From assembly GCA_951406725.2 (NCBI GenBank), contig OX597827.1:75206001-75270000 (forward strand): DNA of 64,000 bases, written 5' to 3'. Positions within the stretch are counted from its first letter, which is position 1, and each line of letters starts with the position of its first letter. Under the pieces are notes generated by a model that saw nothing but the letters and a program-made list of their open reading frames with translations, did not search any database and had not been told where the DNA came from. Below, piece by piece: positions 38,718 through 50,756 of this stretch. Made by a program: the position numbers and the translations under genes. Source of the DNA: Octopus vulgaris. Lineage: Eukaryota.

Positions 38718-39099
38718 TGGAGGCGCAATGGCCCAGTGGTTAGGGCAGTGGACTCGCGGTCGTAGGATTGCGGTTTCGATTCCCAGATCGGGCGTTGTGA
38801 ATGTTTATTGAGCGAAAACACCTAAAGCTCCACGAGGCTCCGGCAGGGATGGTGGTGATCCCTGCTGTACTCTTTCACCACAACTTTCTCGCACTCTTAC
38901 TTCCTGTTTCTGTTGTACCTGTATTTCAAGGGGCCGGCCTTGTCACTCTCTGTGTCACGCTGAATATCCCCGAGAACTACATTAAGGGTACACGTGTCTG
39001 TGGAGTGCTCAGCCACTTACATGTTAATTTCACGAGCAGGCTGTTCCGTTGATCGGATCAACCGGAACCCTCATCGTCGTAACCGATGGAGTGCTTCTT
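38718..39099 (+). mobile_element. SINE family A, full length
   Basis: tRNA-like head; TSD cactttccc at 38708-38716 and 39100-39108. Confidence 0.9.
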
Positions 39100-39270
39100 C
39101 ACTTTCCCGTATCACCTGTTTCAACATAACTGACAAACTATACCATTTTAATCCCGAGAAACACTGGGTATCTCTGCGTGTGTGTGTGGGGAGGGGGGGA
39201 TTACTCCATTTTTTTTTTGTTTCAATGGTATTTCTTACTTTCTATCAATGACCTCTCAGATGACAATTCA

Positions 39271-39659
39271 GTGGAAGCACTCCGTCGGTTACGACGACGA
39301 GGGTTCCGGTTGATCCGAATCAACGGAACAGCCTGCTCGTGAAATTAACGTGTAAATGGCTGAGCACTCCACAGACACGTGTACCCTTAACGTAGTTCTC
39401 GGGGATATTCAGCGTGACACAGAGAGTGACAAGGCCAGCCCTTTGAAATACAGGTACAACAGAAACAGGAAGTAAGAGTGAGAGAAAGTTGTGGTGAAAG
39501 AGTACAGCAGGGATCACCACCATCCCCTGCCGGAGCCTCGTGGAACTTTTAGGTGTTTTCGCTCAATAAACACTCACAACGCCCGGTCTGGGAATCGAAA
39601 CCGCGATCCTATGACCGCGAGTCCGCTGCCCTAACCACAGGGCCATTGCGCCTCCACTA
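39271..39659 (-). mobile_element. SINE family A, full length
   Basis: 13-bp TSD agatgacaattca at 39258-39270 and 39660-39672. Confidence 0.9.
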
Positions 39660-40988
39660 AGATGACAATTCAATCCCATTGCAGACTCTTTATGGTTTAA
39701 AGTATAGGAGACGGACAAAAACAGTAAGTTACTAAACACTTCCAAATACTTAGGTCTGTACATGTTACCACTTCTCTGTTGTCATAGGACTTTCAATAGA
39801 TGGAATGACAAACGATGTTGCCATAAGGAAATATCTCTAAGTTCTCGGATGATAGTGATAAATTTTTGTACCATACAAGTGCCATTCTCTGAGTCTCTAT
39901 GATTAATACTTTGTGACAGGCAGGAACAAGATGACTAGGAATTCCATGAAACCTACTTCATGGCCAAATGAATGTCCCTTTCACTTGGTTATGACCCAGT
40001 TGAGGGGCTTTAATTCAGGAGGGCCAAGGATTGGAGAAGAGGGTAACCATCTCGTAGCTGCTATTGTTCCCAGGTTTACTCTGACCTGGAGTAGTAACAA
40101 CTATCAAGCTCCCAGCTATGGGTTAACTAGCACATTAAATGACCATCTGCCTGAGTGTTGGGGGTGCAGATGTACCCTTGATTAGTGTCAGGGTGAGCAG
40201 TAGAACCAGTGGGAGCAAGGGACCCCAAGCTGTTGTATATATATATATATATATGTATGTATATATTTATATATATACACACATACACACACACACATAT
40301 TCATATATATATATATATATATATGCTGCATTTCAGTGCATATATAACACATACATAGAGAGAGTGTGTGAATGAGAGAGACAGTCAGTTTAAACTTTAT
40401 TTCTTACTTCAAAATATATAATTACATTTTCACAACAAATATAATAACATTTTTCTGCATATTTTTATAAAATTTGGCCTTATCACATTCAATCAATGCA
40501 GCTTTTAAATATAAGCAGGCTCTCTACTTCTTCAAATATAAAAAGCTTCTCTGCCTCTTGCATAGATGTTTCTCCGCTGGGGCATCGAATAGCACACAGA
40601 GCCATCAGCTACATACGTGATGTTTATGTCATTATATTAAACGTTCATCTCTGCTGCAGAGATTGTCTTTATCTTTATATCATATTTCCTTCTTTAACGT
40701 CACAACTTCCCATTATATCTCATTTTACACACCAACAATGGAGTCTCGACATGGTCGTTCAACTACTAGGAATAGCAGTCAAATTACCCTCAAATTACAG
40801 TCTATGCAACTTAAAAATAGAAAGAACACATTGGATAGCTCTGCCAGGATGATCTGCCCTTGACATACTTATATGAAGGTGAAGTCTTCATCAATGACAA
40901 AACAGTCTTACACACACACACACTGAGGCATACATGCATACACACACATGCATGGATACTCACACATGCATGCACATGAGGATTGTAC

Positions 40989-41223
40989 CAAAAGTAATGT
41001 AACAGTGGGCATAACTTTCTTATTAACAGACATGTTGGTGGAATAAGTCTTCCTTTATAGATACTGTTCTTCTTGCTCTTCCTTGTAGGCAAATAATAGG
41101 TTCCAAGGAACAGTAATGTGCCATTACTAAAATTCTAAGAAAGGAAGGGTGATGGCTGCCTGGCACACACAGAGGAATAAAGATTGTTTAGGGAAAGGAC
41201 AACATTAACAAATGCCATGTGCA
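40989..41223 (-). pseudogene. Candidate exon of a secreted protein with one in-frame TAG
   Basis: Strong acceptor tttcccttttttt-aatctttttcatccaacAG. ATG at 41218 gives MAFVNVVLSLNNLYSSVCARQPSPFLS*NFSNGTLLFLGTYYLPTRKSKKNSIYKGRLIPP. Confidence 0.3.
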
Positions 41224-41389
41224 CTGTTGGATGAAAAAGATTAAAAAAAGGGAAACTGACAATAATAATAATAATAATGAAATTATTGTATACAGTGCTC
41301 AGGTGCACCACAACTTGTCAGAGTATATGCAGTAATGTACAAATGTCTGGAAAGCGAACAATGCATGAGTCAGATACAATGAAGAGAAA

Positions 41390-41790
41390 CTATGAGAGAC
41401 TGCATTAATGAATTGTCAGGAAGTAGATGGGTTGATTCTTATGGACAGACAAAGTACAATCTGTGAGCTTGCTTTACAAGTGGACTGGGATCACAATGCA
41501 TTGCAGAAGATGATGGAAGACTTTGTGTATCAGAGTGCACAAAATGGGTGCTTGGGTAGTTGACACCTGATTTGAAGGAGAGAAGTGTAGAAGTGTGCAC
41601 AGGTCTACCAGAAGCCAATGAAGACACATTCTGTTGTTTTTCAGTCTGGTGACAGAGAATGGAATGTTGGTGTATCTTTACGATCGTCCATCACACCTAT
41701 TTTCTAAAGCCTAAGGACTTCAAGAACCAACAGTCAACACGGAAAGTCATGCTGATTGTTTTGGGAGGATGACAAGAGTATGTGGAGTAG
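41390..41790 (+). mobile_element. Decayed mariner transposase fragment
   Basis: EVDGLILMDRQSTICELA, KWVLG*LTPDLKERSVEVC, KPKDFKNQQSTRKVMLIV. Confidence 0.65.
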
Positions 41791-41818
41791 TAGTGTATTG
41801 AGCTTAGAAAAACATTAA

Positions 41819-42040
41819 CCCTTTCGTTACAGTATTTCTTTTGAGATGCTCTGTGTTTCTTTCAATTAATATTAAATATTACAAAGAATTTAGTAAAATA
41901 ACTTAGTTATCGTTAAGCTAGTGTTAGGAACATAAACTGTGACTAAGGTTTGGTGGAAGATTTTAATTCAAGACTTATGAAAACAAGACATTTCTACTAC
42001 AGAACCAGAGCTGGTTTCAGCTGGGTTGGTAACGAAAGGG
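41819..42040. mobile_element. piggyBac-type (TTAA) MITE, followed by a truncated tandem copy at 42068-42192
   Basis: TTAA-CCCTTTCGTTAC ... GTAACGAAAGGG-TTAA. Confidence 0.85.
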
Positions 42041-42192
42041 TTAAGAATTGTTTCTCTATTACATATTTTAACCCTTTCATTACAGTATTTCTTTTGAGAT
42101 GCTCTAAGTTTCTTTCAATTAATATTAAATATTACAAAGAATTTAGTAAAATAACTTAGTTATCATTTAGCTAGTGTTAGGAACATAAACTG

Positions 42193-42380
42193 GCGATTTT
42201 TTTTCCTCTGTCTTCCCTTCTCTGGATTTTTCCTTCTCCTATGTTTCTGACGAAGAGCTCCGCTCGAAACGTTAAACCCTCCCTCTTTCCTTCTTTCTTG
42301 AGCGTCCAGTAATACTATATTTGTTCCACGTCCTCGCGTTGTTGTGTTTTTTTGTGCTTTCTTGTTTGGATTAACTTTAT
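42193..42380 (+). mobile_element. Family H1 HHR-bearing element; canonical HHR core at 42243-42277
   Basis: GTTT-CTGACGA-aGAGCtccGCTC-GAAAC-GTT-AAAC; ends in (TA)n. Confidence 0.8.
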
Positions 42381-42463
42381 ATATATATATATATATACTG
42401 GAGTAAACACATAAATGTGAAACAAAGTGGAAAAAAAAGTACTCAAATACCAGTGGTAGAGTA

Positions 42464-42581
42464 ATATGCTTTATTTAAAGCAGCAGAAAATTCAACAAAG
42501 CCTGTTACTCTGAGTTTCCCGTTGCTGTCGGGAAACTCAGAGTAACAGGTTTTGTTGAATTTTCTGCTGCTTTAAATAAAG

Positions 42582-42586
<5 letters not shown>
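42464..42586. repeat. Near-perfect palindrome with 58-bp arms and a 7-nt loop
   Basis: ctttatttaaagcagcagaaaattcaac...gagtttcccg-ttgctgt-cgggaaactc...gctgctttaaataaag. Confidence 0.9.
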
Positions 42587-42612
<26 letters not shown>

Positions 42613-43211
42613 CGCGAGAGAGAGAGAAGTATGATAGATACAGAGACAGACAGACAGAGATAGAAAGAGACAGATGGCTAGATAGATAGAGAGAGAGAGA
42701 CGTGTGTGTTTGTGTGTGTTGTATTTTTAATAATATTTGGCAGAAGTAACAGAATGGCCCAAGGGTTGAGAGTTTCATGCATTAGCACTTATTACACTTA
42801 TCACCAAACCTGTTTATGTATAGGTAGGTAGGTAGGTAGGTATGTATATATGTATGTATGTATGTATGTGCCTAAAATGCATGTGAGAGAAAGATCAAAG
42901 AAAGCTGAGAGAAAAGACCAACTCGTCAGCAACTCGTAAACCAAAATAAGTGACTGCATGCATGACTGGAATGGTTATGCGTGCATCTGTCAAGGTATGT
43001 TGGCTGAATAGACAACACAGCACAGAAGGACGCTTTCCGTATGATGGAACTTGGACATTCTTTGGTAGCATCAAAGCTGCTTGGTACCAGTGAAGTGGAT
43101 GGTAGTTTTGGAAGGCGCTGAAATCCTGATAATGCTCTCCAGTCAAGAAGCGATGAAGACATCATGCCTCAGTGGAAGCTGTTAGTATATAAATATATGT
43201 GTTTATACCCA

Positions 43212-43442
43212 TTTCTTTATTACCCACAAGGGGCTAAAGACATAGGGGACAAACAAGGACAGACATAGGTATTAAGTCGATTACATCGGCCCCAGTGCGT
43301 AACTGGTACTTAATTTATCGACCCCGAAAGGATGAAAGGCAAAGTCGACCTCAGCGGAATTTGAACTCAGAACGTAACGACAGAGGAAATACGGCTACGC
43401 ATTTCGCCCGGCGTGCTAACGGTTCTGCCAGCTCACCGCCTT
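43212..43442 (-). mobile_element. SINE family C, full length
   Basis: 14-bp TSD tgtgtttataccca at 43198-43211 and 43443-43456. Confidence 0.9.
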
Positions 43443-43734
43443 TGTGTTTATACCCACCCACACACACACATACATGCATGCACACAACACATATATATGT
43501 ACGTGTTTCTCTTTGTGTATGTGTACATGTGTGTATATGCACACACACACACACACACATGTATGTATGTATGTATATTGGCGTTAGGAAAGGCCCCCCC
43601 CAGCCAAAGAAGCCATGCCAAAACATATGCAGAGCCTGTGTCACCTGTCAAACCGCTCAATGCAAGCACGGAAAGACGACATTAAATGATGATGATGATG
43701 ATGTATGTATACATATGTGTTTCATCATGCAAGC

Positions 43735-43858
43735 ATTCATACATACATACACTCATACATACACACACACATACATACATACATACATACATACATACAT
43801 ACATACATACATACATACATACATACATACATACATACATACATACATACATACATAC

Positions 43859-43890
<32 letters not shown>

Positions 43891-44711
43891 TCATTCATAC
43901 ATACTTACACACACTCATACATACACACATAGATACATACACACATATACATACATACATACATACATACATACATACATACATACATACATACACACAC
44001 ATACATACATACATACATACATACATACATACATACATACATACATGCATTCTTACATACATACATACATACATACATACACACACACATACACACATAC
44101 ATACATACATACACATACATACATACATACATACATACATACATGCATTCTTACATACATACATACATAAATACATACATACATACATACACACATACAT
44201 ACATACATACACATACATACATACATACATACATACATACATGCATTCATGCATTCTTACATACATACATAATACATACATACATACATACATACATACA
44301 TACATACATACATGCATTCATACATACATACATACATACATACATACATACATACATACATGCATTCATACATACATACATACATACATACATACATACA
44401 TACATACATACATACATACATACATACATGCATTCATACATACATACATACATACATACATACACATATACATACATACATACATACATACACATACATA
44501 CATACATACATACATACATACATACATACATACATACATAAATACATACATACATACATACATACACACATACATACATACATACATACACATACATACA
44601 TACATACATACATACATACATACATGCATTCTTACATACATACATAATACATACATACATACATACATACATACATACATTCATACACTCATACATACAT
44701 ACATACACACA

Positions 44712-44745
<34 letters not shown>

Positions 44746-44772
44746 CATACATACACACACTCATACATACAT
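43735..44772. repeat. (CATA)n microsatellite, about 1 kb
   Basis: Direct inspection. Confidence 0.95.
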
Positions 44773-45292
44773 ATGTGAGTAAATGCCTAAGTGACAATAC
44801 GATAAGCTAGGGTTTTCAGAAAAAGAAATCAACCAGTCAATTCACACGTTACAAACACAATCTGTAAATGGGACAGTAAAGATACGCAAGTTCAAAGCGT
44901 GAATTCTTTTTTTGTCTACATTCCAACAGTGGGGCTTTGTATGTTTGTCAGAAACCAGCTCCTTCCTCAGAGGAATATTTCAAATACTCAAAAAAAAAAA
45001 AAAGAGAACATACACATACACACACACACACACACGCGCACACACACACATACACACACACACGCACGCACATACACACACACACATACATACACACACA
45101 CACACATACTCACACATACACACACATATGCATACACACACGCATACACACACACACGCACACACATACACATACACATGCACACACACACACATACTCA
45201 CACATACACACACACATACACGTACACACATACACACACACATACGCATACACACACGCATACACACACACACACATACACACACACACGCG

Positions 45293-45335
<43 letters not shown>

Positions 45336-45571
45336 GGGAGTGCTGAAAAGTACTTGGCTTTGGGTAAAAAAACAATACAGGAAGATGAGTTGATAAGGAT
45401 TTTATTGAACGTGATCCCTTCAGATTCACATACTTATTACAATGGTCCTTCAGTTTTTCTAAGCCCTGTAAAAGAACTCAGAAGGTTGGACCTTGAACCA
45501 GGCCTTTCACAATACACATATATATATATATGTACACACACATGTGTACATATATATATATGTACACACAC

Positions 45572-45619
<48 letters not shown>

Positions 45620-45778
45620 GTGTGTGTGTGTGTCAATGCTCGAAATGTGAAGTAGAAATGAGAAGTAAAACTGATGAAGGGTCGTTCTTTGTGTTACTTG
45701 TCCTGTTTTCCATTTTTTACACTCGTTTGTTTTGGTATTTCATATTGTTTACTGTTGGTGACCTCCTGTACCCATATA

Positions 45779-45817
<39 letters not shown>

Positions 45818-45823
45818 ACATAT

Positions 45824-46035
45824 GCAATGGCCTAGTGGTTAGGGCAGCGGACTTGCGGTCGGAGGATCGCGGTTTCGATTCCCAGACCGGGCGTTGTGTG
45901 TGTTTATTGAGCGAAAAACACCTAAAAGCTCCACGAGGCTCCGGCAGGAGGTGGTGATCCCTGCTGTACCCTTTCACCACTCTAAAAGGCGGTGCTCCAG
46001 CATGGCCGCAGTCAAATGACTGAAACAAGTACAAA
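45824..46035 (+). mobile_element. Chimeric SINE: family A head fused to a family B tail
   Basis: gcaatggcctagtggttaggg...ctttcaccact, then aaaggcggtgctccagcatggccgcagtcaaatgactgaaacaagta. Confidence 0.7.
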
Positions 46036-46064
46036 AAAAAAAAAAAAAAAAAAAAAATATATGT

Positions 46065-46217
<153 letters not shown>

Positions 46218-46231
46218 GTATGTATATATAT

Positions 46232-46506
46232 ATATTCTGTTGTGTCTGGGGAGAGTCATTCTCTTTTGGCGCCTTATAATTTAACACACTCACCGGTAAA
46301 ATTTCCACTTATTTCTTTTTTATTTTTATTTTTATTTTTTTAATAAAAAAAATATAAAAAAATTTTCTTAATTTTTTTATATTTTTTATATTTTTAAATA
46401 AAAAAGAAAAGAAATAAAAAAAGAAATAAGTGGAAGTTTTACCAGTGAGTGTGTTAAATTATAAGGCGCCAAAAGAGAATGACTTTCCTCAGACACAACA
46501 GAATAT
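46232..46506. repeat. Inverted repeat with arms of about 90 bp within (TA)n
   Basis: attctgttgtgtctggggagagtcattctcttttggcgcc... pairs with ...ggcgccaaaagagaatgactttcctcagacacaacagaat. Confidence 0.9.
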
Positions 46507-46592
46507 GCTTCAACACACGAACTCACATAAAAAAACCTTGCAAACCGAATCTAAAAACAATGTGTGTATATATATATATGTATAAATATATA

Positions 46593-46692
<100 letters not shown>

Positions 46693-46989
46693 TTGGTGGT
46701 GGTGGTGGTTGTAGTTGTGGTGGTGGTGATGGTCATCATCATACTACTGCTGCCATAATAGAATTCACACACTTATACAAACAGCCATGCACGCATTCAT
46801 AACACATATACAATATGTATGCACATACACACACTCATACATGTGTGTATACATAATTACAAACTCTCTCGCAAATACACATTCATATAAATTCTCTCTC
46901 TGTCTGTGTATCTGTCTATCTCTCTTTCACACACACATGCAAACAAACACACAAACACTCACACACTCACATATACACACAAACGCCCA

Positions 46990-48100
46990 CTTAAACTGTT
47001 GCTTGGCAACTGCTCTATTTCCATCCCACCTTTGACATTAAGTGCTTTGGTGTAAATATATAAACTTCCAGCTTGTTTGATACCAGATCTTCCAGAGTTT
47101 CTTATCTCCAGGAACTGAACAAAGACAGAGAATAGGCAGTGTAATGTAATCACAATAAAGGAGAGGCATGTGTCTGGTCAGAGTGACATGGGGGGAAGGG
47201 TTGCTCAGTCACAATGAAGAGTAGAGGGCAGCTGATGGGTTGTAAGGAAATAGAGGGCTGACATGATGTCATAATGTCAAGGTGTGTCATAGGATAGAGA
47301 GGTCAGTCATCTGGTTACAGCAACAGAAAGGCAGAAATGGTCACCTGGTCACAAGGAGAGGAAGGATGTTATCTGGTCATAAAGACAAGGAAGGTTTTTG
47401 TCAGCTGGTTACAAAATCTATGCAAATGGTATGAATTACATTTGTTCAACTCAATCAACAGAGAGGCAGACGAACAATAACAGGACTCCCCTTTCATTAC
47501 ATAACACAAGTTTCACATTTAGCACTATAGTCTTCACTTCAGTGACCTCTCCTACGATTAGGGCACTTCGCTGTGATCTTGAACCCATTGTGTCCTCAAT
47601 CATCAATATGTCCCTCACATAAACTTTATCCTTGACCACCAATATGCCCTTGATATGAAAAGTTATATTTGACCTTGATTGTATACTTGACTTTGATTGT
47701 GACCTTGACCTTAATACATCTCTGAGCTGACTCCGACTTCTGAGATAAGCTTGATCTCTAATATATCCTTGACCTCAGTTACATATTTAGTTCTATTGTG
47801 TCCTTGACCTCCTCTTTCTCCTTGACCACCATTCTGTCCATATCATACAATGACTTTTTGTTTTCAGCTGTGTTACTAAACACCATTGTGTCGTTGACCG
47901 TCACTGTTTACTCAGCCTCTACCAAGTTCTTGATTTCTACTGCAGCCTGGATCTCCACTATTTTCAATGTCCATTTTTCCTGTTTGTTTGATTCCCCAAA
48001 ATATAAACTCTTGGTACTGATTATATGTTCAACAGTTTTTATGCAATTAACTATCTGATCTGGATAAACTAAACTTGTACTATCAATGTTCATCTGTGCT
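46990..48100 (-). pseudogene. Decayed coding sequence: (G-G-Q-G-H-N)-like 18-nt repeats, a Cys-rich segment and P/T-rich repeats of about 30 nt
   Basis: 18-nt period at about 47585-47960 (for example attgtgtccttgacctcc = GGQGHN on the minus strand), KCETCV/CNERGV at about 47480-47520, and VTR/VTE-P repeats at 47160-47415. Many stops and frameshifts. Confidence 0.45.
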
Positions 48101-48139
48101 TATCTACAATATAGCCACATATATGTGTGTGTGTGTGTG

Positions 48140-48184
<45 letters not shown>

Positions 48185-48307
48185 TGATAGATAGATAGAT
48201 AGACAGGTTGGTAGTTAGGTAGGTAGGTACGTAGGTAGATCACCTGCTTGTTGTTCTTTCACCTGTCTTCGTCTTTTGTTTCCTGTAAATTTGAGCTATA
48301 TATATAT

Positions 48308-49240
48308 ATTAGGTCATCTCAAATAATGCCGTTCTTTTATACTTCTTTTATTTTTTTAAATTAAAACAAAGAAAGTTCTTTTTTAATCTAAAATATACTC
48401 TCCTTCATTTTCCACAATGCTCTTCTATCTGTCTGGTAGACTTGAAGGCCCCTCTTCCAAAATTCACTTACCCATGATGAAAAATACTCCTCCAGTACTG
48501 TTCTGACCTCTTCTACAGAATTCATATTTTTTCCATCAAAATGAATTTGAAAACTGTGGAATAAATGATAATCAGATGGAGCAATGTCCAGTGAATATGG
48601 TGGGTGGGGCCAGGCATCATTTCCCATTCAAACTGCTCCAGTCTCTGGAATGTCATCCTCACTGTATGTGGCTGAGGATTGTCCTGATGGAAGAACACCT
48701 AGCTTCTTCAAACCAAAGACAATAATTTTTCTTCTTGCTCAAGTGTCGATGAATGGTTGAATTACCAAATCCAAGCTTCTTTGCTTGTTCCTCAACAATT
48801 ACAACGGGATTTTGTTGCACCAGGGTTTGCAGGACGTCCTGGTCAAGCTCTACAGATCTTCCAGGATGAGGCTTGTCTTCTAGGCTGTAGTTTCCAACTT
48901 GGAATTTCTGGAACCACTGTTGACACTGGCTTACGTTTATTGTCTGATCCCCATATACTGCTTTAATATTCCTCACACTTTCCATTGCATTGTTGCTTTA
49001 TTGAACTCATAAAGCAAAATATGTGATATACGCTCCTTTGTCACTTCCATTATAGCTTTGAAAAAATAACTATTAAAATCGAACTGCACTCTTCAAAACT
49101 TACACAAAAGATAAGGACAACGTACAATTACTACCTGCTTTTATAGCAAGTTGATGCAGGTAGTTTATCCCATCCTCTCTAACTTTTAGTTCATGCGATT
49201 AAAAAAACTGCATTATTTATGGGATTATGGGATGACCATA
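48308..49240 (-). mobile_element. Mariner, internally deleted, with both TIRs
   Basis: TIRs ttaggtcatctcaaataatgc and gcattatttatgggat...gatgacc. PHPPYSLDIAPSDYHLF and QQWFQKFQVGNYSLEDKPHPGR. Confidence 0.9.
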
Positions 49241-49278
49241 TATATACATACATATATTTATATATATATTTATATATA

Positions 49279-49405
49279 ATCTCCGAAGAGGCCTTGTGAT
49301 ATTTTTGTTAATGTCTCATTTATATCTATATATTGACCAACCATAAAGGGCTAATATTGGTAAAATGAGACATAATTATCGACATGGCCAAAACAGCTGT
49401 AAGAT
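49279..49405 (+). ncRNA. Hammerhead-like motif with a stem II of about 100 nt (decayed core), family H2
   Basis: ATCT-CCGAAGA-GGCC..ATGTCTCATTT...AAATGAGACAT..GGCC-aAAAC-AGCT-GTA-AGAT. The element tail to about 49653 is homologous to 53968-54060. Confidence 0.55.
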
Positions 49406-49650
49406 CTAATTTATACTTATATTTATATTTACTTGTATTTATAATCTTTTTTATATATATTCTAATTATTATACAACATTACTCTTTTATGTACACTTTT
49501 TTTATGTACATTCCTTTATGTACACTGATTTGTTCTGCTTTTTTATGTTTAACCCTACAGTCTCTTATGTGGTGGTTTAATAAAGTATGTGATTGAGTAT
49601 TATCTGGTAATTGATATTTGATTTAGATGTATTTCTCCATTTTCTTATCT

Positions 49651-49750
<100 letters not shown>

Positions 49751-49877
49751 CATATAGATATGCACACACATATATGCATATAAACATATGTATATATAAA
49801 CATCTACACACACACCTACACATACACATATTCAAATTCATGTGTGTGGCTATATAAAATGATATTTCAAAATTCTA

Positions 49878-49922
49878 TTCTAATTTTTTGTCCTTTTTAT
49901 ATTACATATTTTTCAGGTAAGT
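49878..49922 (+). promoter_or_regulatory. Candidate recursive splice site (3' splice site immediately followed by a 5' splice site)
   Basis: ttCTAAT branch-like motif, T-rich tract, then TTTTTCAG/GTAAGT (AG at 49915-49916). Confidence 0.45.
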
Positions 49923-50341
49923 CACTCATCCAGTTTGGAGTCTTCCATACCTCAATGCTCACGTAGGTCAGGACTTCATTTCTATTGATATTTTCATTTG
50001 TATTATCGTTGTTGTTATTGTTGTAACCCTTTTTCTTCTCCTCCTTGTTTTTCTCCTCCCTCTCATTATCCTCCCCTCCTACTTTCTTACTTCTTTTACA
50101 CCTCTTACTCCTCCTCCTCCTTTTCTTCTTCTTCTTCTTTTCGTCCAATAATCACATAATGAGTTATTTAATTAACTAATTAACATCTTTTTCAAAAATA
50201 AATTGTATTGATCGCTTGAGCTTTTATAACACAGCAAGAACAATAACACACACAGAGACACAATGCAACTAATCTATAAAAAACTGGGTAACACAGTTAA
50301 TGTATCTATGTATGTATATATATATATACATACATACATAT

Positions 50342-50421
<80 letters not shown>

Positions 50422-50756
50422 TACATACATATATTATATATATATATATAAAGGGATATATACATAGGGTGCCTGTGAAAGAAATTTGGTAAGAAGGGAT
50501 CATAAACACAAACACACACACACACAAACACATGCACAAGCTCACAAAGACTATATAAGGGCATCTACCTGATACTTTGGTTTGCAGTTGGGGTGAGAGT
50601 GGGAGGAGGGTCAAGGAAGAATCCATGACTATCTGACTGCACCCCCTGCTAGACCCCAAAATGAGTTATGATTCCTTCTTGCCAAACTTCTTTCACAGGG
50701 ACTGTATGCATGTGTGTGTGTGTACATATTTATACACACACACACATATATATATA

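Noticed and set aside
38718-38795. tRNA gene calls at SINE heads (also about 7965-8040, 39585-39659 and 45824-45895)
   Set aside because: They continue into SINE bodies, some with TSDs, and lack a closed acceptor stem; they are tRNA-derived heads rather than tRNA genes.
47640-47760. RS-dipeptide (SR protein-like) reading RSRSQSKSSIQSRS on the minus strand
   Set aside because: It is a shifted frame of the GQG-type 18-nt repeat, with no RRM or other SR-protein features.
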